From Bugula neritina (Eukaryota > Animalia > Bryozoa): DNA of 64,000 nucleotides. Under the pieces are notes generated by a model that saw only the letters and a list, made by a program, of their open reading frames with translations, made no database searches and had not been told where the DNA came from. Position 1 is the stretch's first letter; the number at the start of each line of letters is the position of its first letter. Of this stretch, positions 23,983 to 35,156 are shown piece by piece. The position numbers and the translations under genes are program-made. The stretch covers positions 7,942,973 to 8,006,972 of the forward strand of contig OZ037770.1 in assembly GCA_964035545.1 (NCBI GenBank). Reading direction: 5' to 3'.

Positions 23983-24749
23983 ATTAGGTTTATAGGTTTA
24001 ACTTTTCGAATATCTACCGTTACCACTGTACGTCCATGCGTGAATGGTACTCTTTCACCGTAATCCGTGTATATATAAATTGATATACTCGAAACATGCG
24101 TTTTATTTATTTTGCAGTACTGTACATTGTTAAAGTTAGTGGACTGCAACCTCCAATGACCATCCTCGACTCCTACAACTCTTAGTAGTTGAGCCTGAGT
24201 ATCTCCAACAATACTAGATTCTGCTACATCTGTATACACCATCAGGTTAAATATTGTATGTAATCTTATTGGAGTATTGTACTTGACCAAAATTGTGCCA
24301 TCGGTCATTGATTTTATCTCCATTTTTTCTTCCTGTACATTAAGTATTTTCTCAAGAGATGGTGAGTATGTGATGTCTATAGAGCAACCTCTAACATTTT
24401 CAGCAATGACATAAAAATTCTTATTGACATCGTTGTAATAGAAATTAAATTTTACTTTCAGATTTAAACACTGGTCATTTATTGCTTGATTGATAGATTG
24501 TATTAGCTTTCTATCTGATTTGTAGTAACCATCATCTAGATGCGCTGTTTCTTCAGCTTCATTTACTTTTAAGGTTATGCTGCACTGTTTCACATTAAAC
24601 CATGATTTATAAAATTGTATCTCACTCAATCCGATCTCGTAAGAGCCATCCGTAAAATCTAAACTTTGAGGCAATTGAACTGTGTATACTGAAAGACTAT
24701 TTTTCGGAAAATGCTTAAACGAAGCATTACTAGTTAAAACAACGCGCAT
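23979..24749 (-). CDS. Polinton minor capsid protein (penton-like)
   Basis: LTSNAS..FPKN....YTVQLPQSLD...YEIGLSEI N-terminus and VYTDV..SIVGD...LLRVV. Confidence 0.85.
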   Translation of the reverse strand: MRVVLTSNASFKHFPKNSLSVYTVQLPQSLDFTDGSYEIGLSEIQFYKSWFNVKQCSITLKVNEAEETAHLDDGYYKSDRKLIQSINQAINDQCLNLKVKFNFYYNDVNKNFYVIAENVRGCSIDITYSPSLEKILNVQEEKMEIKSMTDGTILVKYNTPIRLHTIFNLMVYTDVAESSIVGDTQAQLLRVVGVEDGHWRLQSTNFNNVQYCKINKTHVSSISIYIYTDYGERVPFTHGRTVVTVDIRKVKPINLI

Positions 24750-24782
24750 CTTTGTGAGAGTGACAACATATAAGTTTATTAT

Positions 24783-25909
24783 CTAATTCTTATAGTTTAA
24801 AATTACATCTCTTTTATCAACATACGAGTCAAAACTTGGCGGATATCCAGCCCACCTTACAAGAAATTGTTTTTTACCATTTACAGTACGCTGACCAACA
24901 ATTGACTCTATTTTATAGGTATTGCTCTTGGTGTTTACTTTCTGTAATTCCGGTTCATACCATGTTCCTTCTAGCTGATCACCGCTGTCATCCGCGAGAG
25001 AATACACTGGAGGATTAGTAGTGTGGATTTTCGCTACGGTAAAGATTTCTTCTCTCCAAGAAGGAAGGTATCCTTTTTAAATACTGTACTATATTTCGAT
25101 ATTCTAACGAGATCTCCAACATTGTATTTTAGTTTGTTAGTTTGACCACTCTGACTATCTGTGTATAGTCTACGCCAAATTTCTTCTTGATTGTTAACTG
25201 TCACATCGTTCGGTGTTGAGTTATGAGCCGAGTGTTTTGAGTTATTGTACGATGATATTGAATCATTGAGAATGTCAAGATATCTGTGACTGTTTTGATG
25301 AGTAAAATATTTAAACAATTTAGCCTTTAGTGTTCTTTGCAGTCTTTCAACCATGGATGCTTTAATTTCTTGATTGTTGGATGAAAAGTGGTTTATGTTA
25401 TATTCTTTCATTAATGCTTTAAATTGAGGGTTAAAGAATTCTTTGCCTCTATCTGATAAAATCATTTCTGGTGGAGCGTTGTTGTTTTCGTTTTCTATAA
25501 TCTCCCTCATAGCTCTACTCACTTCTAAACCAGATTTAGTTTTGAGTGGTACACCGTAGGCTTTACGACTGAATGTGTCAATGCTTAATAGTATATAGTT
25601 GAACCCATTTTTTTCAGATGAAAACTGTTGGAGATCTGTTAAATCAATTTGCCACATGGCATTAATGCCTGATACAATATACTTTCGCCTGGGAAAGTTT
25701 TTTCGCAAAGGTTTATGTAGGTTATAGTTGTCAGTTTTTTCAAGCCATCTATCAATTGCACCTTTGCTTACTTTGCCTTTTAATGATTTGTATAATTTTG
25801 CTTTACTACCAAATCCGGCTGGTTTAGAAATATTGAAATAGGTGTCTCGAATTAGTTTATCAGTATAGCTGAAGTCTGGATTTTACTTTTTTCGTTTTCG
25901 CCTTGCCAT
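24783..25909 (-). pseudogene. Polinton retroviral-like (rve) integrase with C-terminal chromodomain; early stop and frameshift near 25065
   Basis: YFNISKPAGFGS N-terminus; WQIDLTD, SDRGKEF, VERLQRT (D,D,E); YKIESIV...FLVRWAGYPPSFDSYV chromodomain. Confidence 0.92.
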
Positions 25910-26585
25910 CGTATGGATCCCACTCGCCTAATGACAATTTACTAGACTCTCTTCTACTTTTAGATTTCTCTTCGATGATGTTTTGAGTAATGAGTAGTTT
26001 GGGTACATTGTAATCAATTAATACTTGTCTGAATTCTTTCCACCCTTCCAATGTTTTACTTTTCAGTTGACTATTAACCGCAAGATTTAATAGATCAGAT
26101 AAATTGCTTCCGCGTAGTTGGTTGCCGTTAATAGTTACCTGTCCCGCATCATTTACAGAAACTTTACCATCTTTTTTCAGTATATCCCAAAGTTGACTCG
26201 CCTTTGTTTTAAATCTTTGAGGGATAGCTAGTAGTGGGATATAAGATGTAAGACTTTCTGTTTCTTTTAGTTGTGGTTCACTATTCTTTGATAAAGTAGG
26301 CAGCCTTGTGCTAGATATTTTCTTATAAGTAGTAGTTTTCAACTCTTGATAATTAGTCAACGCGTTGTTATAAGCAGTTACTTTTTCATTTTCTGATAGC
26401 GTGTTGTCATTTAAGATTTCACTCATTAGCTTATCTACGGCAAATAGTTCTTTAGTATTCAAAGGTTTGTTTCTCTCGACTTGTTGATAATCATTATTTT
26501 TGCTGAAATCAGCATTTACAAATGAGTTGTGTTTTAGATTTGCGGCATCCACTAATAAGAATTTTCTAGCGCTTTGCGAATTCAT
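25860..26585 (-). CDS. Polinton conserved-position uncharacterised protein (241 aa)
   Basis: Intact ORF overlapping both neighbours; G.V.ING..L.GSNLSDL motif resembles ORFs I associate with this position in Polintons. Confidence 0.65.
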   Translation of the reverse strand: MNSQSARKFLLVDAANLKHNSFVNADFSKNNDYQQVERNKPLNTKELFAVDKLMSEILNDNTLSENEKVTAYNNALTNYQELKTTTYKKISSTRLPTLSKNSEPQLKETESLTSYIPLLAIPQRFKTKASQLWDILKKDGKVSVNDAGQVTINGNQLRGSNLSDLLNLAVNSQLKSKTLEGWKEFRQVLIDYNVPKLLITQNIIEEKSKSRRESSKLSLGEWDPYDGKAKTKKVKSRLQLY

Positions 26586-26932
26586 CTTTTTCTAAAACCG
26601 CTGAATATTCCTTTTGCTAGTGGTGCTAAAACACTTCCTATTAGTGGTCCTAAAAGAGCCGAGAGAAACCCTCCTTTCTGTATCAGTGTTTTTTTAGTTT
26701 TCAGTGTACTCTTTTTATCAGCAATCTTTCTTAAAATATTTTTGTATTTACGTAAGTTGTTTTCTTCAGTAGGTGACAATGACACCTTGCCTTTTAATAC
26801 GTTGTAGCAAATATCCGAGAAACAGTTCAACAGTTCACTACCCGCTGCGTTGATGATTGTTTTACAGTTGTGTTTGTCACATTCAGCTAAATAACTTAGA
26901 GTCTTGGCGTGTTTTTTAATTCTAGCATTCGT
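26582..26932 (-). CDS. Small basic virion protein with GG|F cleavage site and amphipathic tail (adenovirus pVI-like candidate); start codon appears mutated to ACG
   Basis: IQKGG|FLSALLGPLIGSVLAPLAKGIF; the frame is open from 26932. Confidence 0.7.
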   Translation of the reverse strand, partial: TNARIKKHAKTLSYLAECDKHNCKTIINAAGSELLNCFSDICYNVLKGKVSLSPTEENNLRKYKNILRKIADKKSTLKTKKTLIQKGGFLSALLGPLIGSVLAPLAKGIFSGFRKR

Positions 26933-26946
26933 GATTTATGTTAGCT

Positions 26947-27598
26947 TCAAGCTGCATTTCTTTGTAATGAAGTAGCGTTTCTGTTTGACAAATAGATATA
27001 GGTTTTCTCACCCGGAAATACACCTGTTCTAATGCGCAAATAGTCTTCTGTCTCTTGCCTGTAGTCTATAACCAAGTACCCAAAGGGGACAGAAGTTGCG
27101 CCTCGAAACGCTTCAACAACAAAATTACTCTGGTTTTTAGGAAACCTTTGTCTTGCCAAATAGGATATCTGGTTTACGTCTCTAGGGTTTTTAAATACAA
27201 CAACATACGAAGCACTTCGAGACATTGTTCTCATGTGAGAGTTGTCTTGAAACAGATTCTGTGTTATAAATATTACGCTTATGTTGCGATGGTGATTGTG
27301 CTTAGTAAATATGTTTTCAATATTCTGATTTATTTCACTCATTAAATCATCAAATATTATCAAGTTCTTTATATTTTTGTTTAATTCTTGTATATCGATA
27401 ACACCTTGATGAAACTCAACGTTGTTGTATGAGCTAAACAGTGGCTGCCACTCACTATAACAATATATTATTTTTTCAGGTGGAGGTGATATCATTGTAT
27501 GACTGTTGGTAATCAATTTCTTTACCCACTGAGTTTTACCAGCCCTTGAAGGACCAGCTACAATCGCTGAAAATGTATGGTAGAAAGGTAAGCTCATG
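26947..27598 (-). CDS. Packaging ATPase (A32/FtsK-like)
   Basis: Walker A GPSRAGKT, Walker B IIFDDL, HHRNISVIFITQNLF, VFKNPRD. Confidence 0.93.
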
Positions 27599-27689
27599 AT
27601 GTTAACTGTATATTCCAAGAGTTTATTCTCAAATAATTGTATCAAGTGATGTACAAAAATATTAATAGGCATAAAAAAGTATAAATAGA

Positions 27690-27768
27690 TTTAGGCAAGT
27701 TCAGGCATGTTTAGGCAAGTTCAGGCATGTTTAGGCAAGTTTAGGCATGTTTAGGCAAGTTTAGGCAA
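27690..27768. repeat. 10-bp tandem repeat (TYAGGCAWGT)n inside the Polinton
   Basis: About 8 copies between the ATPase and the upstream ORF. Confidence 0.9.
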
Positions 27769-27794
27769 ATATACACAATTATATACAAAATAAA

Positions 27795-28194
27795 CTATTG
27801 TACATTGTTTTGTTTCTCGAGAGCTATTCCCAAGTTCCATTGGATCTGTTGAATAAAATATTTCACTGCAAAGTGCTCTCCAGCCTCGATATACATTTTG
27901 CAAAGTTGCACGCACAAGAAAAATATTGTTTCTAAGCGAATAGCTGAGATATTTGGATCCGTCGAATCTTTTGCCACTTTACAAAACTGAACGTAACCAT
28001 TAGTCTCGTACATATCCTCGGCTAGTTCGACCAATTCATTTATTTCTTCCTCACTCCAATTTTGATGTTTATTGTACATGTCCAAAACGGTTTGCGTTAT
28101 ACAATAGTTAACGTAATGTTGTATACTCATTTTCGAAAGCTTGTACCATATATAATTATAAGCGTTTTTCTGTAATAGATATAAATTTTCCATC
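27795..28194 (-). CDS. Uncharacterised helical Polinton ORF (~130 aa)
   Basis: Open frame, co-oriented, fills the gap between pPolB and the ATPase; no motif recognised. Confidence 0.5.
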
Positions 28195-28299
28195 GTAGAA
28201 TATTGATTGTTGCGACCTATCAACCGAACAGTGAAATACCAATTAACTGAATGCGCTAACTGAATACAGTTTTTTTACAGTAAAGTAGGTTTGGTTGTC

Positions 28300-31200
28300 A
28301 CGTGATCTTGTGATACAATTCTCTTTCCGTAAAAATAATTTAAAGCTTTTCGATTTTGAACTTACGTCAATATTTCTTCACCTTTTACTAGAAAAACCTT
28401 GTTCGTACCGTAAGCAATTTTCTGATTTATCAATACATCGGAGTAATCTTTTTCGGTATAGTTCTTGTGCAATTTACTGACACCTTTTGAACTGTATTTA
28501 GGTTCTTCCCCGAAACAATAGTAACGTTTGGAGCAAAGCGCTACAAAACCTTGGGAGACATTTTCGCAGTGAAACAACCCCAAAGATCTTTTGTGGAACT
28601 TGGCACTAGCTTTACAACAGTCTAATGGATTCCAGGTTTGCCCGTTAAACATACATTGAAAATACTGTGACTTGTGTTCATCGCAATATTCTCTACACAT
28701 CCAACTAGTGTGTTCTTGTTCAAATTCATTTCTCATATCACTTTTAACCGCTAGGTACAAAGTTTTTTCACTTAGAGCTAAATACATTGAGTCAGTGTCC
28801 ATTTGAATCAAAGCAAAACTGTCTAGAGATAGAAACTTTAACAAAAAATCGTAATAGAATTTCAACATGGCTAGCTTTGCATACTCTAATACTTGAAAGC
28901 CAATTTGTACTGGTACATTGAGTCTAATCTTAGCTTTTCGTGATTCAATTTCAACTAGTTGAGAATCAATTTCTTGTAAGCTGTTAAATCTTGGATTGTT
29001 TACCAGTTTTGAGATGTTTGTCTCTTCAGCATCACAATATATGATATCAGTGTGACTCTCCAGGTTGACTAGTGTTCGGCCATACGCGGAGTTTCCTGAA
29101 ATATAGCGAAGTGGATTATTTTGAAATATATTGAGTAATTAATCAATGCAAAAGTTATCGCTCTTGCTAGATGCTTAAGTGATTTGCATATTAATAACCA
29201 TTGAATAAGTGCTATGTTTAAACATTTCAATATTTACTAAATACCTATTAGTTTGCATGAATCCGATATAATCTGCTTTGAGGAATCGAGGTCACCAGCT
29301 CTCCTAGCCTCCATTACCTTTTCACCAAACAGCTTGAAGCATTTGATGGCTTGTATTGAATTACTTGATATACTTTTGTAACCACTAAGCCGTGTTGTAG
29401 GTACCATTGCAGTAGCGGGGTGGACAAAAGGATTTTGTTCCCGAAATAGCTACTGATTAAAGTACGTGATGGCTTTTTTAGTAAACTATTTCTTTTGCAA
29501 ATTGTTTCATGTGCGGGCCTATGTCATCCTTTGATATCAGTACATTTTTTGTATAGGTTGATATTCAGCAAATATTGTTTTCAAGTCTTCAGGTGTTTCT
29601 ATATCAACTTCAGCCATTCCAAACATTGAACCATTTTTGATTTCTTCCAGTATTTTGCTTTCTGATATTACGTATCTTGAATCAACAATGAAGTCCAGAT
29701 TTGAGCAGAACTCACTGACATCACTGTTTTCCTTTTTCAAATTATCAAATTCACACTCCCAAGTATGGTAGACTCTGTAACCCAAATCTTGGAAATATTT
29801 CAGCGTATTGTATGTGTCTATTTGATTTTGTAAATCTTTTTCTTTGTTATTAAACTTCCCATTTGGACAATAGTCGCATAGATGTCTGTGAAACCAGCAT
29901 CCTGAGTAGTTGAACACTAGTTCACTACCATCACTCGCCAGGGCGTATCCATCGACTGGTATGTTTCGTCCACCTATTTGACGTTCGGTGCTGTTAAACT
30001 TGTGTTGAATTTTGACTCCGAGCAGCTTTGACATGCATTTTAGCCATACTGTAGCTTTTTCACCCGAATAGTAGCTTTTTTCTATTCTAAAGCTATTTTC
30101 TCTCCGCCTTCTTACAAAGGCTCCTGTGGGCATATCTTTCACTAGGCAACTCAAATATAAACTTGTCGCATCATATCCTACACATGTTTGCGTAGTTTTG
30201 GCTTGATCACCAAAGTATTCAGGTTTAATCTTTGTTGCGCCAGCTTCTTGATACCTTGAGAACACAATTGATAAACCACCTCTAATGTTTGATTTGATAA
30301 GTTGGTGAATGTCTTTAAACTTATCACCAAACAGAAAGATTGGTGCTTCTGGGTCTTTTAATTGAAATAAATATTAAATCGCTAGTCCTGGTATAGATAT
30401 AGCTGACTTGAAATCAAGATTGCATGATTTGTAAAATTCATTTTGCTTTTCTAATGCTGGTATAAAGTGTCTGACATCTTCGTTATTGTAGTACTCTAGT
30501 AAGTCTTTTAATGTTTTCATTCCTTTCTGTACCCATATTTCTTTGCATTTTTCATACTCCTGAACGGATATGTTTTTACCTTTCAGTTTACTGTAAAACT
30601 CTTCATGAGCGGGGAACTCTGTTCTGTCTAGCACTTCCATAGATGTGAATATGTCATAAGGCCAGAAGAATTTTTCCCCTTCAAATCCCATAGCTTTTAG
30701 ATAATCAGAGTACGAAAACCCTGGAGCAAGAAAATTGAGCACGTCTAGAAATCTTAATTTTTCCGTTTGAATACACATGTATTTGTTTCCTTTTTTAGCT
30801 GTAAACAAAACTTTTTGGTTTTGTCCTAATAGATACCGTAGCATATGTTGTCGAATCAATGGAATGTCATAGACAGCGCTGTTGAAAGACAAGACCATCA
30901 AGTCTTTCAAATAACAGTGGAGTTGACTTTCTAGTGTTCAAACTTTTTTTTGACATTGTTCACTGCTTTGTTATTACGACTAGCTTCAATTTCTTTCTTG
31001 ATGCACTCGTCAGCTTTTTCACGTAATTGTTTAAACACATCATTGTATCTAACAAGCAATCTCTGGTAGCATACTTCAGACAGCTTTGTAAGGAAATCCA
31101 TCATTTTCACAACCAGCTCGTATTCATTTCCAGAATTCATGAAATTCACTGGTTGTGTATAACCAGATACGTTTGAGCATAAACTTATACAAGCCAACTA

Positions 31201-32673
31201 GTGTTTGTTTTTATAGTGTATTGTATTTGTGTTTGCAGGTAAATCAATCGAAGACATCATCGTTTCGCAATCAAACACAGCAAAGTACGGATAATGTCGT
31301 CTATTTTCATCAACTGTGATGTGAACATTTTCAAGCTTTTCGAAAATAGATCGAGACGGAGTATACACCCCGTAGAGATACACAAGGTTTGTTTCACCAG
31401 CTGTACACACTGTGTTATGACTATTCAATGCTTTGACTGATTTCATTAGCTTGTTACAAAATGTACATTTGTATGACTTTGTGTAAAGAGAGATGTTTTT
31501 TATCCAACTGAAATGTGATTCCTCTAGATGTAGGTTTAGTTTGTGTTTGTAATTGGTAGTGGCTCTGTACATAAGCTTTGCATTAGCTTCTTTCCCTGTA
31601 TTGTATTTCAAGGTGTACACATTAATAGAACAGTTCAGTATTCTCTCGGCAAATCTGAGGTCTGATAAAGGCACTCCTTTAAAATCTTGATTCAGTTTGT
31701 TCATACCATTCAAGTACATTTCATAATAATGTTTCGTAGACTGTGTTAAAGTACTCTGCTGCCCTTTTGAGTAAGCTAGAGCTCTAAATAGACATAAGTT
31801 GTCTTCATACAGTCTTCCAGTTGTATCAGTGCTAACTGTTATAATTGCTTTGTTTTGTTTTGTTCTCTCAGACGGAGATATAGGGCATCCGATATTGTGG
31901 TCTGGTATAGGAAATACATACAATGTAATATTTGTTATTTTGTGAACACTCCACGAAGTGTTTGGCCTGTTCTGAGTTGCTTTCTCTACGAAATCTTTTT
32001 CTGTCATTTCTTTCACAAGTTGATTAAAATCTTGTAAATTCTTTATTAGCTTTGGCGAGGCAAAAAGTTTATCAACACCCATGCTAGCATGAAAGTATCT
32101 CAACTTTTCCTCATTTTGATTCAAAAGGATAAAACCAATTGAAGCATTGCATTTGAATTTCAATGTTTGTTCATGAAATATTAATTTCACTTCTTTATTG
32201 TTTAAAGTAGAAATAATGTTATTGTCTTTTATCAATCGATTGTACACACTACAATATTTCCCTTTTCTGTTGTACGTTCTTATAGCTGACCAGTTTTTTT
32301 TCAATAGAGCGTTTGTTTCCTCTTCGTAAATGCCTTTGTACTGATAGCATTCAATATCATCACTGAATGTGGTTTGAGGTTTTTTGTTTGACCTTCTCTC
32401 TGCTCCGTTTGAGTTTGTATTCTAAAATTTATCAAGATTATCATTGATTAGTTAGCTTTGATTTTGTTCTGATAGTATATGTAGTAGGATCATATTCATA
32501 TCGTATCGTATCACTCACTAGATAAATTACCGTGTTATGACATTGGTGATTCGTTTTCCACGGTGCATACAACCGTTTACATTGATCACATCTTTTTTTG
32601 TGAATACTTTGGTGTCTACTCAAACTTTGCTTGTGGTTATAACTTTTTCCACATATGTGACACTTGAATTTCT
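28300..32673 (-). pseudogene. Protein-primed family B DNA polymerase, spliced (introns 32422-32530 and 29096-29244), several stops/frameshifts
   Basis: ExoI FDCET, ExoII FNSAVYD, ExoIII YNNEDV, motif A YDATSLY, motif B KLIG|NSAYG, motif C MDTDS; VSR-like insert PVDGY...FNYSGCWFH; N-terminal C2H2 fingers. Confidence 0.93.
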
Positions 32674-32879
32674 CTAAAACATTGAAGTATAAATTATTCT
32701 TTTAACCACCTTGATAGAGATGCAAGGATCAAAGAAAATTACTTCAAATAGAGATATTGTTTATTAATATGTAAATAGATACATTCATAAATGTATATAC
32801 TTGACATATAGTGGCATTATCAGTTAGAATTGTCAGGTTTACTACACTCTTCATCAGAGCCAGAAGAACAGTGTTTTAA

Positions 32880-33365
32880 ACTTTTTTACCGAGTGTATAT
32901 TAAGATATATTGAAATAGATTGAAATAGATTAAAGTATATAGATGTTGTATATTAACAACTCGCTTTTATACATTCTGTGTTCAATAGTAGCGGTGCTAG
33001 AACTGAATTTCTTTTCATCGAGTATATATTGAGATAGATTGAAGTATATAGATGTTGTATATTAACAACTCGCTTTTATACATTTTGTGTTTAATGGTGG
33101 CAGAGATAGTATTGAATTTCTTTTCATTGAGTATATATTGAGATAGATTAAAGTATATAGATGTTGTATATTAACAACTCGTTTTTATACATTCTGTGTT
33201 TAATAGTGGCAGAGATAGTATTGAATTTCTTTTTATCAAGTATATATTGAGATAGATTGAAGTATATAGATGTTGTATATTAACAACTCGCTTTTATACA
33301 TTTTGTGTTTAATAGTGGCAGAGATAGTATTGAATTTCTTTTCACCGAGTATATATTGAGATATA
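32880..33365. repeat. ~110-bp tandem repeat, about 4.4 copies, inside the Polinton
   Basis: Recurring AAGTATATAGATGTTGTATATTAACAACTCG at about 110-bp spacing. Confidence 0.92.
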
Positions 33366-33567
33366 TTGTAACAATATTTTAAACAATAAATTGCATAAAA
33401 GTATTTCATTCACCAACATAAAATATTTCCCCATCACCAAAAAATACAACATATTCATATTGTTATAAAGTCAGTGTCAGTCCGTCAGCCTAAAAATTTT
33501 ATGATTGGTTCAGCTCGCTTAAAATAACTATATTAATCTGGTGATATGTCATCTACTTTAATTTCGG

Positions 33568-34873
33568 TCACATTTGTGACCAAAATAAGTCCTCGTTTAC
33601 TTTTTTTATCACACCGCTTCTCAGAACGCATGTTAATTTTCCCACTTTTCCATAAAGTTGTTGTACATTTAATAACACAGGTTGTCCATTGACTACAGCG
33701 TTTACGCAAATCTCATCTTTCATGTTTCTGACCACGTCAACATAACAAACGAGCAGTGTTGCGTTTTCACTTTTACCGTAAAATTTAACTTTTTTTTCAA
33801 AAATTTTAGCTAGCTTTGTTTTAAAAAGTTCTAGGTGTTTGGATTTTTTTACATATAAACATGGCCCACTGTTGGGAATTTTCGATTCGTAAATTTTTAA
33901 TTCACCGATAAATTCATCGGACTTGAAAAAAAATTTACGCGAATGGTTAAATGTAGGTATTATCTTGTCATTGTCGGTGTAGTAAGATAATTGTGATTGA
34001 TCATAATTAAGAGGGACTAGATAGCAGCCTTCTTCATTTGCAGGTGTTTTGCTCTGATCGACAGCGGTAGCAGCAGTGGCAGCATCATCACTTGTAGTAA
34101 CAGTTGTACCAGCAGAGGAACTAGCGGATGGAATAAACGACGTCATAGAGGAAGGAGTGGTAGTAACGCTAAAAAGAGGGATCTATTACTATGTTTTATA
34201 ATATGTGACTTATTCTACGTAATATAATTTATTACACGACAAACGTCTGTCTATTTGTTTATAGTTTGTCAAGTGAATACAATTAATTGTGAGTCTTACA
34301 GATGATTGATGATTTCTGATATTCTACTAACCTCACGCTGGTAGATACAGATGGCTCGCTAGTCAACTCATCCACCTTTGGAATTGATGCAGGTTTCTTA
34401 CGCTTTGATTCACCAGACTTAGATTCACTAAAATAATATTATTGTAATGAATAAGATGCTGCTTTTAGCTGATAAAAAAGGTTAGCTTAGTTATAGAAAG
34501 CTAACACTATAGTCAACTAAAATCATTCTCGTGTTAATAATATTCTAACAGGTTAGTGGTTAGCATAGTTATAGAAAACTAACACTATAGTCAACTAAAA
34601 TCATTCTCGTGTTAATAATATTCTAACAGGTTAGTGGTTAGCATAGTTATAGAAAACTAACACTATAGTCAACTAAAATCATTCTCGTGTTAATAATATT
34701 CTAACAGGTTAGTGGTGAGATAGCCAAAAGAAATATATTATTACTTACTTTTTTCTTTTAGAAGGCTTTAAGGCTTTGAGTGGTTCAACTGTACTGGAAC
34801 TAGTACTCGTTTCTCCCACTTTTTTTCTGAGTTGTAGTAGTTCAGCTTCTAACTTCTTTACTAAATCTCCCAT
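33568..34873 (-). CDS. Three-exon Polinton gene of unknown function (exons 34749-34873, 34332-34427, 33568-34168)
   Basis: ATG at 34873 about 45 bp downstream of TATATAAAAG; donors GTAAGT and GTTAGT; acceptors TTTTAG; both introns phase 2, giving one continuous frame. Confidence 0.8.
34480..34716. repeat. ~70-bp tandem repeat, about 3.4 copies, in intron 1 of the three-exon Polinton gene
   Basis: CACTATAGTCAACTAAAATCATTCTCGTGTTAATAATATTCTAACAGGTTAGTGGT occurs three times. Confidence 0.93.
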
Positions 34874-35156
34874 GGTGTTTGCTGGTGTTCTATGAAACAT
34901 AAAAGTTTTTCGAGGCTTTTATATACTGAGATTTTGTAATTTATTCCTACGTAAATGGAATTTATCTTAACTAAAAGTTTTCCTCTTTTTTATTATAGGG
35001 AGTTGGGTGGTAACATTCTAATTATAATCTGCCGGTTTAAAGTTTACTCACGTAAGCAATATTATATCAGTTTACGTAGGTGATACGTGTTTTGACAGTT
35101 GCATATGTATTTAAATTTCAACTAGGACACTTCCCATCCGTAAATTAGAAATTGCC

